Made by a program: the position numbers and the translations under genes
Shown: positions 1 through 9,786 of the stretch, in pieces
Position numbering within the stretch: position 1 is the stretch's first letter
Layout: the number at the start of each line of letters is the position of its first letter
DNA from: an uncultured Eubacterium sp.
GTDB taxonomy: Bacteria; Bacillota; Clostridia; Lachnospirales; Lachnospiraceae
Reading direction: 5' to 3'
Length of the DNA stretch: 64,000 bases
Assembly (NCBI GenBank): GCA_910584645.1
Contig: CAJUAU010000004.1
Location: 7,333-71,332, forward strand
The notes under the pieces: model-generated
Seen by the model: the letters and a program-made list of their open reading frames with translations, nothing else
What the model was told of the DNA's origin: nothing
Database searches by the model: none

Positions 1-511
1 CTTCCAGAACAAAACAGGGAATTCCCGCCAGCCGGCACACATCATAAAAGGTGAAGCAGTACGCCTCTTCATTGGCCGCCTTTTTCTTTCCCACCGTTTT
101 GCCTGATGTATTGATCTGGTCACTTTCCCCGTCACAGAGCGTATCCCAGCCATTCAGTTCATAGCAGGGCCCCGGTTCTAATTGGTTAAAGATTTGAACC
201 AGGAGCGCCTCCGCTTTGGCGCGGTCCGAATCCTTTCCGATGCAGACAGAATCCACCAGTGCCTGCAGCTCCACCTCCTGCTCTGCTGTATACAGCTTAT
301 TGTGCAGCATGTCAGAGGATGTTCGCAACAGCTCCGCCAGCCCCACCGCATTGTCATACCGGATCTGATATTCCTGTTCAGCCGGCTGCTCTGGCTCTGC
401 CGCAACCGCAAAATGGCTGCCTGCAAGAACGGCACATGAACAGCACAATAACACAAGAAAACTCATCCCTAATACATTTCTTAATTTCCATTTTTGACCA
501 TTTTTCCTCAT
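1..511 (-). CDS. Secreted protein, N-terminal part only (gene runs off the left edge); the visible end resembles a transglutaminase-like Cys-protease core
   Basis: Absent from the ORF track because it has no in-window stop. Reverse-strand ATG at 509-511 is preceded by AGGAGG. My translation, MRKNGQKWKLRNVLGMSFLVLLCCSCAVLAGSHFAVAAEPEQ..., looks like a signal peptide and stays open to position 1. It ends ...EEAYCFTFYDVCRLAGIPCFVLE, similar to the Cys...GIP core of transglutaminase-like domains. Confidence 0.5.
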   Translation of the reverse strand, partial: MRKNGQKWKLRNVLGMSFLVLLCCSCAVLAGSHFAVAAEPEQPAEQEYQIRYDNAVGLAELLRTSSDMLHNKLYTAEQEVELQALVDSVCIGKDSDRAKAEALLVQIFNQLEPGPCYELNGWDTLCDGESDQINTSGKTVGKKKAANEEAYCFTFYDVCRLAGIPCFVLE

Positions 512-545
512 ATGACACTCCTCCTGGTTTATTGACCATAGCAAT

Positions 546-2777
546 TTATAATATTGTGATCTTCTTTATGGTCCATTTTTCATATGCCTTTCTTGTTTTT
601 CCGTCCTGTGTTTTGTAAGATCTATAGGCCCGGATACGAATATAATATTTTTTCCCGGATTTTAACTTAGAAAACTTATATTTCGTCTTACTCTTTTTTA
701 TGGAAATCTTCTTTGCATTTTTGAAGTTTTTCTTTGTACTGATCTGAACCTGATATCCGGAAACTTTTAAATCCCTTTTCCATGTCAGTACAAGTCCCTT
801 CTTTTTTACCTTGATTTTATATTTCTTCCCTTTTACCGTTGGAGGAACCGTGGTCTTTTTATGATCCCCGACAGCAGACGTTCCGTTTTCGGTTTTCCCG
901 GTCTGATCTCCAGAAGTTTCCCCTGGATTAATATCCGGTGCGGCAGAAGGCTTCGGTGATGGTGTATCCTCTCCTCCTGGGTTAATATCCGGTGTAACAG
1001 AAGGCTTCGGCGATGGCGTACTCTCTCCTCCTGGGTTAATATCCGGTGCGGCAGAAGGCTTCGGGGATGGTGTACCCTCTCCTCCTGGCGTGACATCTGG
1101 CGTCTGCTGTGGATCATCCTTAACAGTCAGCGCCCGGATTCTTGTAGAGACATAAGCACGGGTATCCGATGAATCATAAAAGATAGAAAAATACTCCCCC
1201 TCGTCACTCTTCTGTACCGATGGAATTTTATACAGATGGTCTCCGTTACTTGTCACCTCAAATCCCGCTGCGGTACGGGAATCGTATTTCTTTCTGCCGC
1301 TATAAGTTCCGTCCCCCTGGGGTACAAGCTGGAAGATGGCACTGGTATCTGCAGATGTCAGCGAAAGATATACATGCATCTCCACCGCCTCTCCTGCCTT
1401 TAGTTCACTGGGATAGATATTCAGGGAATTGTAGGAATCATAAACACTCTCTGAAATCTCATAATAAATCGCACATTTTTTCAGTACATCCTCCCTGTCC
1501 GTGATATCTGCGGGAAGCTTTGCTGCATCTGCCTGATTTACCCAGCACTGTTCATTCTCATCCAGGATCCAGTTTCCCGTCACTGGAACCTGGGCTGTTC
1601 TTCCGTTCTCGGCAATCACCGTCACTTCATCCGGCAGTGCATAAGCGATTTTCTTCAGATTTTCTGTAGTGGCTGTACTTGTATATATGATATACTTCTG
1701 GATTCCATCTGCTGACACATATTTCACATAAGAAGGTGTGTAGTCCACCGGATCGAAAAACTCTGTGGTGTAAGTAATCACCGCATCCTTACCGGATCCC
1801 ACATCCGTGAGTCCGGATACATCGACCCGGTAACTGCCCGTATAACGGGTTCCCGATACCGGAACCGGCTGGGCAAATACAATCAACGATCTATTTTTGC
1901 CTGCCTTTAGTTTTCCATTTGCGGTGGTACATTCATAGCTCTCTCCAGTGTCCGTACTGGTAACTTTTACCACGACACTGCTCCCATCAGCGACGGCAAT
2001 CCGATCCATGTCTACCTGTATGCTCCATGCTGAGCTTCTGCTATGAACCAGATCAGCGGGCATATACCCCGGCGCCGGATAAGCGCTGAAGGGATTTACC
2101 ATTGAATTTTTATATGCCTTTTCCTGCCCGATGGCAATGCTTCCTGCGTAGCCATACTGGACATCTGAGACAGTCCCGCCGATCAGTGCGTAGCGATGCC
2201 CTACGGTATCCCAGCCATAGGAGTAGGAATATCCCTCATTCATCCAGCTTGTTATAGCATTTCGCGGAGTAGAATATCTCGCCAGGATCGTGTGGATATA
2301 ATCCTTCGCTCCATAATCCCAGAACTCCTGTGTCATATCCTCTGGTTTACTGGAGTCTGATATGGTATGGTTAAATTCAAAATTTCGCACCAGAGCCTCA
2401 GCCTGTAATTTATTGGAATGTGAAGATACTGCCTGTAACGGTGACACACCTGTCAGCCAGCGATAGAATTCTGTCATGGCTGTCATGGTCTTATGGGTGT
2501 CTTCTGTCAGCTCTCCAGCCGCATAAGGGTTCTCCAGCGAGTACGCCGTTTCATAATAGGTAGCGGGGTCTCCATTGATATAACCTTCTCCTGCATACAT
2601 TGCCTCGCCGTATCTACGTCCCACCTCTTCTTTCGTCCGTCCCTGAAAGGACTCAAACTCTGCCGCATCATACGTCACAGTTTCTGCCGTCTCTGCCTCT
2701 GCCTTTCCCCCGCCCCAGGACATTAGGGCTACCATCAAAACAGCCAGTACCGTTCCTGCTATAACTCTTTTTTTCAT
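546..2777 (-). CDS. Secreted multidomain surface protein: signal peptide, CAP/SCP-like N-domain, central Ig-like region, Pro-rich 18-aa repeats, very basic FN3-like C-terminal domain
   Basis: 743-aa ORF. N-terminus MKKRVIAGTVLAVLMVALMSWGGGKAEA is signal-like. WDTVGHRYALIGG...YGYAGSIAIG resembles the CAP/SCP C-terminal motif. PGGExTPSPKPSxxPDIN occurs three times. The C-terminus LTWKRDLKVSGYQVQIS...YYIRIRAY is FN3-like and Lys-rich. Confidence 0.6.
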   Translation of the reverse strand: MKKRVIAGTVLAVLMVALMSWGGGKAEAETAETVTYDAAEFESFQGRTKEEVGRRYGEAMYAGEGYINGDPATYYETAYSLENPYAAGELTEDTHKTMTAMTEFYRWLTGVSPLQAVSSHSNKLQAEALVRNFEFNHTISDSSKPEDMTQEFWDYGAKDYIHTILARYSTPRNAITSWMNEGYSYSYGWDTVGHRYALIGGTVSDVQYGYAGSIAIGQEKAYKNSMVNPFSAYPAPGYMPADLVHSRSSAWSIQVDMDRIAVADGSSVVVKVTSTDTGESYECTTANGKLKAGKNRSLIVFAQPVPVSGTRYTGSYRVDVSGLTDVGSGKDAVITYTTEFFDPVDYTPSYVKYVSADGIQKYIIYTSTATTENLKKIAYALPDEVTVIAENGRTAQVPVTGNWILDENEQCWVNQADAAKLPADITDREDVLKKCAIYYEISESVYDSYNSLNIYPSELKAGEAVEMHVYLSLTSADTSAIFQLVPQGDGTYSGRKKYDSRTAAGFEVTSNGDHLYKIPSVQKSDEGEYFSIFYDSSDTRAYVSTRIRALTVKDDPQQTPDVTPGGEGTPSPKPSAAPDINPGGESTPSPKPSVTPDINPGGEDTPSPKPSAAPDINPGETSGDQTGKTENGTSAVGDHKKTTVPPTVKGKKYKIKVKKKGLVLTWKRDLKVSGYQVQISTKKNFKNAKKISIKKSKTKYKFSKLKSGKKYYIRIRAYRSYKTQDGKTRKAYEKWTIKKITIL
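922..1090. repeat. In-frame tandem repeat, 54-bp period, 3 copies plus a partial copy, encoding PGGExTPSPKPSxxPDIN
   Basis: The motif cctggRttaatatccggtg recurs at 922, 976, 1030 and 1084, spaced exactly 54 bp apart, inside the 546-2777 CDS. Confidence 0.85.
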
Positions 2778-3550
2778 ATGCCTTTTTCTCCTATAAGTTC
2801 TTCTATTGTCTCCCGGATTTTTTCCTTATCCGGCGGTTTTAATATATACCCGTCTGGTTTTGATCTGAGCACATCGTAGATGGATTTACGGTCAGCAATA
2901 CTCGTGAGAAATACGACCGGGATCCACTTCATATCATCATCCTCTTTCATCGCCTCAAAGGTACTCTTGCCATCCATTCCGTCCATCTCGTAATCGAGGA
3001 GGATCAGATCCGGATTCTCCCTTGGAATCAGTTTTAATGCCTGTTCTCCCGATTTGGCAAGACAGATGTCATAATGCTTCTCCAGCATGCTTTTCATACT
3101 GCGGAGCAGAATGGCGCTGTCGTCCACAAGCATGATTTTCTTTTTTCTCCGCTGGCTTCTGACCACTCTTTCCTCCGTCTCGCACACGCCGCCAGACTGC
3201 AGCATCTGGTGGCATTTTTCCAGGAGTTCCTTCTTTGCCACCGGACGGAACATTACATCAAACTGCTCACTTTTGTAAAATTCCCTGCACTGTTTCCACC
3301 CCTCATTCGTCGTAACACCCAGGGTTGGTATCTTAGGACATTTCTCCTGAATCCATTCAAAGATGGCATTGTCGATCTCTTCCACCCCGATCTGACATAT
3401 GATGATGAGTTCCGGCTTGACGATCTTAACCATCGCCTTCACATTTTCAAGCTGCTCTGAACAGAGCTGAACCTGAAATTCCCCTGCCAGGCATTCATTC
3501 AGGCTCCGTACGATTTCGCCCAGTTCCCCGATCAAAACTATCTTTTTCAT
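2774..3550 (-). CDS. Response regulator with a degenerate N-terminal receiver-like domain, a canonical C-terminal REC domain and no output domain
   Basis: The C-terminal half (KKIMLVDDSAILLRSM...DLILLDYEMDGMDG...PVVFLTS...ILKP) has the REC acidic pocket, phospho-Asp and conserved Lys. The N-terminal half (KIVLIGELGE...LIIICQIGVEE) is REC-shaped but lacks the Asp residues. RBS GGAGGG lies 7 nt upstream of the ATG at 3550. Confidence 0.8.
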   Translation of the reverse strand: MKKIVLIGELGEIVRSLNECLAGEFQVQLCSEQLENVKAMVKIVKPELIIICQIGVEEIDNAIFEWIQEKCPKIPTLGVTTNEGWKQCREFYKSEQFDVMFRPVAKKELLEKCHQMLQSGGVCETEERVVRSQRRKKKIMLVDDSAILLRSMKSMLEKHYDICLAKSGEQALKLIPRENPDLILLDYEMDGMDGKSTFEAMKEDDDMKWIPVVFLTSIADRKSIYDVLRSKPDGYILKPPDKEKIRETIEELIGEKGI

Positions 3551-6500
3551 GCTGATCCCTCCATTTTTTTATGATCTGCTCCAGTTCCTCTGCCCATGCC
3601 ACGGTCTGCTCTTCATCCAGATTTGTGACAGCAAGGTCAAGCGCCTCTACTGCTTTTTTCATCTCTTCTTCCGGATATGTAAAGTGATTCAGCTTCTCGA
3701 TGACCGCATCGGCTGTGTCCACATCCATTTCTTCTATAGCACTCTTTAATAAAGGCAATAGTTCCCGGATAAGCTGATAATCTGGTTCTTCTTTTTCTTC
3801 CTCCGTCTCCCCGCTCTGTGCAACAGGCGCCAGAATCTCTTTCATCCTTCTCCATTCCTGAATAAATGCGGGAGCCACATTATTTATCCATTCCGTCTTT
3901 TCATCCCTTGCAGCATATTCGAGCATCCTCGCCACCCCGGCAAGGGATACGGCGCCGATCATGGCGGCGGAATTTTTCATAGAATGTACCTGGATCCGGA
4001 AAGAAGAAACGTCCATCTCAGACAAAAATCCTTCCAGCCATGCCGCCTCTGACTCAATGCTGACGTAAAATTGATGGACCGTATCTTTTAAAATCTCCTC
4101 ATCCCTGCAGTATAGTCTGGCATATTTCCAGTCAATCCCCTCCAATTCGGGCAGAAACATCTCTCCTTTTCCTTCCTCCGTCACATCTCCTGGCATATCT
4201 TCTGTCCCCGCCCCGTAAGTTACAATTTTTTCTTCCGGTAACATTTTCATGATCATCTTTTCCAGTTTTTCCGGATTGACCGGTTTGGACAGGAAATCCT
4301 GAAACCCTTCCTTCAAATACATCTCCCGCGCTCCGGTCACAGCATTTGCCGTCAGTGCGATGACTGGCGTATCCTGACAGGGATACTCCTGCCACTCCCT
4401 CATTTTATGTAAAACTGTGATTCCATCCATCCCCGGCATCATGTGGTCGAGAAAGATCAGATCATATGCCTTTTTACTGACAAGCTCCAGACATTCCTCA
4501 CCCCCGGCCGCCTCTTCTACCTGAATCTGCGTCGCCTTCAAAAGTTTCACAAATACCCTTCTGTTTACCGCATTGTCATCGACAACCAGCACCCGCGCTT
4601 CCGGAGCAGTAAACATCACTTGATAGGAATATTCCTCTGCCTGGTCTTTGATTCTCTGCTCCAGATCCCCTACCGGCTCATAGTCCATGATCTTTTGATC
4701 CAGTGTAAAGGAAAAAACAGATCCCTTTCCATACACGCTCTCTACCTGCAGTCTGCTCCCCATATACTCCAGCAGCTGCATCGTAATATTCATGCCAAGA
4801 CCTGTTCCCTCAATCTTCCGGTTTCTTTGTTCCTCTATCCGTTCAAATTCGTGGAAGAGCTTTTCAATATCCTCCTCCCGTATGCCGATCCCTGTGTCCT
4901 CTACCCGGAATGTCAGCTTCGCCATATCCTCTTTGATGACAGCGTGTATCATCAGAGTCACGCTGCCCCTCTCGGTATATTTGACCGCATTACTCATGAG
5001 ATTTACCAGTATCTGGCGGATGCGGACATCATCTCCCCACAGTCTGGATGGGATTTCCTTATCCACGAAAAGATTCAGTTCCAGTCCTTTATCCTTTGCC
5101 CGCATCTTCATCATATTTGACACATCATAAATAAGGCTGCTAAAATCATATTCCACCGGAAGGATCTGGAGTTTACCGGACTCAATCTTGGAAATATCCA
5201 GAATATCATTGATGAGGGAAAGAAGCGTCTGGCCCGCATTCTGGATATCCAGTGCATACTCCCGGATCTGCGCCTCCCCGCTCTCTCTCAGTATCATCGC
5301 ATCCATGCCAAGAACCGCGTGGATCGGTGTCCGTATCTCATGGGACATATTGGCGAGAAACCGCCCCTTCGATTCGCTCGCCTGCAGTGCCTGCTGTTTC
5401 TCTCTCTCCATATCCATGATTTCATGAACGGTGCTGATCGTGGAAAAACCGAGGAGAAAAATAAGTCCCAGCGCCAGAATAACTCCATTAAACAGATTGA
5501 TCCTCTGAAAATAAATAATGATCTGTGCAAAGGAGGCCAGGCATACACCTGACATTCCAATGGCAACAAAATAATATTCCCGAACCATCCCTTTCCGCAG
5601 ATCCAGAAAAATCGTCACTATGATCAGCCCAATTGAAAGTATACAAAAAGCGGACACATAAATAATGGTATCCGTAAAATCACATATGCCTGTCATATGC
5701 AGTGCCGAACAGACAAAAAAGTTAAAAATAACTATGCTTTCCATCCACTGGTATGCCTTTCTGTATCTCCCCTTCTGGATCTGATCCATATAGAGAAGAT
5801 AAGGCAGCGACAAAATCATGATCATAAGAAAGGTAATATCATTGATAATAGAAAGGTTTGGAAAAATCAGCTGCCGGAATGTGGAATTGGTAATGAGCCA
5901 GACAGCAGCTACAAGAATCCCCCATCCAAGATATTCCAGCGCCACCTTTCTATGGTAGCAGAAGCGCAGTGTCACGCTTCCGATGATAGCAATGATGCTG
6001 AGTATAAGTGTAACAAAGGCAACGATAAGTTCCAATCCAAGCTGACGGAAAAAATATTTCCACACCCCCATCGGGTTTCCATAATAAACCGCATATAAAA
6101 CACCCGAATAGGAGGAGTCCGTACGCATCTCCACACGGAGCATCTTCTGTGCATCATCCGCGCCAATCTCAAGAAAAACATATGCCGCAGCACTCATCCG
6201 TCCAAAAAGCCTGTTTCCTTCTGTAGAATATTCTTTCCTAAGCTGTCCGTCGATAAAAAACTTCATATCCTGTTTTGCACTGCGAAAGCAGAGATAGCGG
6301 CCGTCCTCCATGTCTGCCGGCAGTTTTGTCTCCACAACTACCGTTTCGTTTCGCTCTGCTGCGCACTTTCCAGGCATTGTCACTGACTCCCTCGTCCCTT
6401 CAGGCGTGATCCGCTCCCACTCTCCTTTGTATTCGCTGCACTCAGAGTACTGATCCAGTCGATCAGGAGGCAGAAAAATCTCTCCCCACAGAAAATAGTT

Positions 6501-6554
6501 ACCGACAATAACAACCAACACGAAAAAAATAAAATTTATGACCTTCTGCCTCAT
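3495..6554 (-). CDS. Hybrid sensor histidine kinase (extracytoplasmic domain + ~7 TM, HisKA, HATPase_c, REC, HPt)
   Basis: H-box SHEIRTPIHAVLGM. N/G boxes NLMSNAVKYT, EDTGIGI, GTGLGM. REC VLVVDDNAVNRRV...IFLDHMMPGMDG...ALTANA. HPt-like HSMKNSAAMIGA. Multiple hydrophobic helices between residues ~190 and 400. Confidence 0.85.
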   Translation of the reverse strand: MRQKVINFIFFVLVVIVGNYFLWGEIFLPPDRLDQYSECSEYKGEWERITPEGTRESVTMPGKCAAERNETVVVETKLPADMEDGRYLCFRSAKQDMKFFIDGQLRKEYSTEGNRLFGRMSAAAYVFLEIGADDAQKMLRVEMRTDSSYSGVLYAVYYGNPMGVWKYFFRQLGLELIVAFVTLILSIIAIIGSVTLRFCYHRKVALEYLGWGILVAAVWLITNSTFRQLIFPNLSIINDITFLMIMILSLPYLLYMDQIQKGRYRKAYQWMESIVIFNFFVCSALHMTGICDFTDTIIYVSAFCILSIGLIIVTIFLDLRKGMVREYYFVAIGMSGVCLASFAQIIIYFQRINLFNGVILALGLIFLLGFSTISTVHEIMDMEREKQQALQASESKGRFLANMSHEIRTPIHAVLGMDAMILRESGEAQIREYALDIQNAGQTLLSLINDILDISKIESGKLQILPVEYDFSSLIYDVSNMMKMRAKDKGLELNLFVDKEIPSRLWGDDVRIRQILVNLMSNAVKYTERGSVTLMIHAVIKEDMAKLTFRVEDTGIGIREEDIEKLFHEFERIEEQRNRKIEGTGLGMNITMQLLEYMGSRLQVESVYGKGSVFSFTLDQKIMDYEPVGDLEQRIKDQAEEYSYQVMFTAPEARVLVVDDNAVNRRVFVKLLKATQIQVEEAAGGEECLELVSKKAYDLIFLDHMMPGMDGITVLHKMREWQEYPCQDTPVIALTANAVTGAREMYLKEGFQDFLSKPVNPEKLEKMIMKMLPEEKIVTYGAGTEDMPGDVTEEGKGEMFLPELEGIDWKYARLYCRDEEILKDTVHQFYVSIESEAAWLEGFLSEMDVSSFRIQVHSMKNSAAMIGAVSLAGVARMLEYAARDEKTEWINNVAPAFIQEWRRMKEILAPVAQSGETEEEKEEPDYQLIRELLPLLKSAIEEMDVDTADAVIEKLNHFTYPEEEMKKAVEALDLAVTNLDEEQTVAWAEELEQIIKKWRDQHEKDSFDRGTGRNRTEPE

Positions 6555-6571
6555 ATTCTACCTCATTCTTC

Positions 6572-7393
6572 TTATCTCTGGATCGACCTGGCCACTTTTT
6601 CTACAGACTTGCTCAATTTCTGATGCTGTTTCACCGCCTCCTTCGATGCCCCTTCAAACTGCACATCGGTAGGAAATACGGCTACGTAACGGACCCCATT
6701 CCACATACCCACCAGCTCATATGCCGGCAGTTCCTGATAGGATTCGTCCTCATATCTTGTGATGGAAAATAACCATCCGAGCTTAGTTTCATTGTAACAT
6801 TTCTTTGCATAAAATACCACAGAAGCATTCCTCTTGTTCTTTCCTATGGTCTTCACAGTATAATTACCCTTCCAGACCGCCGGCAGTTTCAGCGAAAAAT
6901 CCCTGGCACGGTATGTCCCCTTAGGAGTTTTCTTTATCGACTGGATGGAAGCTGCCGCTTTCAGTGAATCCCCATTCAGCTTACGATACTGTTGTTTCGC
7001 AGTCTTTGAAGCTCCCATGGTCTGGATATCCGTAGGAAACACCGCCACGTAATTCAGACCGTTCCACCTGCCCACCAGTTCATACTGTGGCAGATCTGTA
7101 TAGGAATCATCCTTATATCTCATAATGGAAAACAGCCATCCCTCACCGGTTTCCTTATGGCACTTTTTAGAAGAAAACGCCACAAAAGAACCTTGTTTTT
7201 TCTTCCCACTGCGTTCCATCATATAGTTGTTTTTCCATTCTGCTGGCAGCTTTATGGTAAAGTCGGCCGCTGCTTTTACTGTAATTGTCTTTTTTGCCGC
7301 TGCAGATATGGTCTGTTTCATGGGGAAACTGCCAAACCCTGCCACTAGGGACAGGGTAAGGACAGCCGCCAGAAACGAGCGGATACGTTTCAT
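6572..7393 (-). CDS. Secreted protein made of two tandem ~115-aa homologous domains, function unknown
   Basis: Signal-like MKRIRSFLAAVLTLSLVAG. Start moved to the ATG at 7393, which sits 4-5 nt after GGAGGT. The two halves align: FTIKLPAEWKNNY...GWLFSIMRYKDDSYTDLPQYELVGRWNGLNYVAVFPTDIQ versus FSLKLPAVWKGNY...GWLFSITRYEDESYQELPAYELVGMWNGVRYVAVFPTDVQ. Confidence 0.6.
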   Translation of the reverse strand: MKRIRSFLAAVLTLSLVAGFGSFPMKQTISAAAKKTITVKAAADFTIKLPAEWKNNYMMERSGKKKQGSFVAFSSKKCHKETGEGWLFSIMRYKDDSYTDLPQYELVGRWNGLNYVAVFPTDIQTMGASKTAKQQYRKLNGDSLKAAASIQSIKKTPKGTYRARDFSLKLPAVWKGNYTVKTIGKNKRNASVVFYAKKCYNETKLGWLFSITRYEDESYQELPAYELVGMWNGVRYVAVFPTDVQFEGASKEAVKQHQKLSKSVEKVARSIQR

Positions 7394-7408
7394 AAATACC
7401 TCCATTTC

Positions 7409-9682
7409 TTATTTTTTCACCTTAATACTTTTTTTGCTGCTCCAGCTTCCATATATCGTTTTCCCGTTTTTCTTCACACAGGCGCGTACACGGAAATAAT
7501 ATGTCTTTTTCTTTTTCAGACCCTTCACGGTCAAACTGGTACCCTTGAAGGATTTAGTTTTCTGTCTCTTCATCGAGGACTTTGTGGCATATGCCACCTG
7601 ATATCCTGTAGCGCCGGCAACTTTTTTAGAAAGTATAAGTGTTACCTTCTTTCCCTTTTTATTCGTCAGTTTCTTTATCGCAGGCCTGCCCGGCTTTTTC
7701 GCCTCCTTCTCTGACAGCTGCGGTTCCTGTGTCGATATCACCGGCTTCACCGTAGTATTCGGCGTCGGTATCACCGGCTGTGGGGTAACATCCGGCTGTA
7801 CAGTAATATCCGGCTCTGGCTTCTCTGGTACAACGACGCCTTTCGGTGTCACCTGTCCCGCATAAGTCCACAATGCTGTATTGGACAGATCAACATGTAA
7901 AACTGGACGAATCCCCAGATAGGAGGAAGCCTTTTCCAACATCACACTTGATTCTGTCTGGATTTTACCCTCTCCCCAGTCTCCCACCTGTGCCGGACAG
8001 CCTCTTCTCGTCCCTGGAGAACGCAGCCAGTAGGACATAAAACCGTCCGCTGGCTTACATGGTGTGCCTCCCTTATCTGCATAATCTGTGACCGTGATCT
8101 TTCTTGTACTGCCTTCTGCCACGTCACTGCTGAATCCGTAAACAGGATCCAGCATCTCCTCAATAGAGGGAAGATAGATCTTGTCTTTAGTATCATTCCC
8201 ACCGGGTTCTTTCGACCACTGGTTATCCGGTGTCGTAACATTCGTAGTTTTCATCGCTTCCTGTTCATCCGGCGTAAATGACATCTCCATGAATTCACCA
8301 TTCAGCCACTGTCTGACATCGCTCTTTTCCCATGTGATTTCCATGGAGCCATCATGGTAATACTGTGCCACATCAATCACTCTGTCTGCCATCAAAAATG
8401 CATCGCTGCCATCTTCATTAATGGACAAAACACGCCACTTGATGGGCTCCTGCTGAAAATATCCCTGCTCATGGCGGGGGAGAAAAAATTCATTCTTTTC
8501 ATCCACTTTTACGATATTATCTTCGCCCGCTTCTGACAGAACCGAGGGTGTGACTTTTGTATTAAAATACAGTCCGAAATAAATACAGTCCCATATATTC
8601 TTTGTCAGGTCAACTCCATTGACAACAGGATTTTTCGGATATATCTGTCCTGGCGCCATCGTAACCTGTGGCTGCAGTGTTGGCTTCTCTGTCGGACTGG
8701 CCGGCGACACAGTAGCATCCGGTGGAATCACCATCTTATCCTGCATTACCTTTCCGGCATAGCGCCAGATGCCCGTCTTCGTCAGATCCAGATGAAGCAA
8801 CGGACGAAGCCTGTTGTAGTCATTCACACGGTTCAAAAGTACATATATCTCTGTTGTCGGAATACTTCCATCCAGATAATTTACATGACTGACAAGATTT
8901 TTTGCCGCCATCGTCCTAAGCCAGTAATCCGCAGAAACATTATCATATTTAGCGGTTCCCCCGGCCTCTGCAAACTCTGTATTCTCCACCTGTCTTGTCT
9001 CTGTGGCTTCTGTATCATCTGTAAAACCATATGCCCGTGATGTAATCTCTTCCCGGGAGGGCAGATAGATACGGTCTGTCGTGGAAACTTCGTCCTGCAC
9101 GTCCTCCTCTTCTTCTTTCACATATTCCGGGGTTTTCTTATTCAAAATTGTGGCGGGAAGAATCCCCTCCTTCTCCTCATCGGTAAATACCCTGTTCAGA
9201 AATTCTTCATTCAGCCACAGACGAACATCAGAATTCTCCCAAGTAATACCATCACCGCCGACGCCACTGTGATAAGACTGGACATCGAGATTCTTATCTG
9301 CCATCAAAACAGCTTCTTTGCCATCTTCGCTGACCGACAGCACACGCCACTTGACCGGCTCATATTTGTAACACGTCTTATCCTCACGGACAAGATATTT
9401 TGTGCCGTCCGTATCCTCGTGTACCACATCATCCTCCCCCTGCTCTGGCTGATTTCCCGGCTGGGGTATGTACCTGCTCTGCCAGTAATTTCCAAAATAT
9501 ACACAGTCCCATGAAATCTTTCCTTCTTTGGCATCAATAACCGGATTCCCCAACGTCACCGCTTCTTTGGTATCCGGATCTACCGCCTGCGCGGCTCCGT
9601 CAGATATCCAAAATGATGCAAGACACAATGACATGACTAAAAACCATGCCGTCACCTTTCTGCTTTTCTGTTTCATTTTCAT
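7409..9682 (-). CDS. Secreted protein with two DUF6273-like repeats, a Pro/Thr linker and a basic FN3-like C-terminal domain
   Basis: Start moved to MKMKQKSRKVTAWFLVMSLCLASF (GGAGGAA RBS; the ORF-track start is an upstream GTG). The unit KWRVLS..DG..A.LMAD...D...Y....ITWE.SDVR.WLN.EF....FT..E occurs twice, as I recall for DUF6273. The C-terminus GATGYQVAYA...YYFRVRAC is FN3-like and Lys-rich. Confidence 0.6.
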   Translation of the reverse strand: MKMKQKSRKVTAWFLVMSLCLASFWISDGAAQAVDPDTKEAVTLGNPVIDAKEGKISWDCVYFGNYWQSRYIPQPGNQPEQGEDDVVHEDTDGTKYLVREDKTCYKYEPVKWRVLSVSEDGKEAVLMADKNLDVQSYHSGVGGDGITWENSDVRLWLNEEFLNRVFTDEEKEGILPATILNKKTPEYVKEEEEDVQDEVSTTDRIYLPSREEITSRAYGFTDDTEATETRQVENTEFAEAGGTAKYDNVSADYWLRTMAAKNLVSHVNYLDGSIPTTEIYVLLNRVNDYNRLRPLLHLDLTKTGIWRYAGKVMQDKMVIPPDATVSPASPTEKPTLQPQVTMAPGQIYPKNPVVNGVDLTKNIWDCIYFGLYFNTKVTPSVLSEAGEDNIVKVDEKNEFFLPRHEQGYFQQEPIKWRVLSINEDGSDAFLMADRVIDVAQYYHDGSMEITWEKSDVRQWLNGEFMEMSFTPDEQEAMKTTNVTTPDNQWSKEPGGNDTKDKIYLPSIEEMLDPVYGFSSDVAEGSTRKITVTDYADKGGTPCKPADGFMSYWLRSPGTRRGCPAQVGDWGEGKIQTESSVMLEKASSYLGIRPVLHVDLSNTALWTYAGQVTPKGVVVPEKPEPDITVQPDVTPQPVIPTPNTTVKPVISTQEPQLSEKEAKKPGRPAIKKLTNKKGKKVTLILSKKVAGATGYQVAYATKSSMKRQKTKSFKGTSLTVKGLKKKKTYYFRVRACVKKNGKTIYGSWSSKKSIKVKK

Positions 9683-9786
9683 ATCAATTCCTCCATTTTC
9701 TGCACATATAGTATATGCTTTTAATATATTTACAGCTCTGTGTCTCTGAAGCACAGATACGTAAATTCTTAACTGTTGGCACCGCT

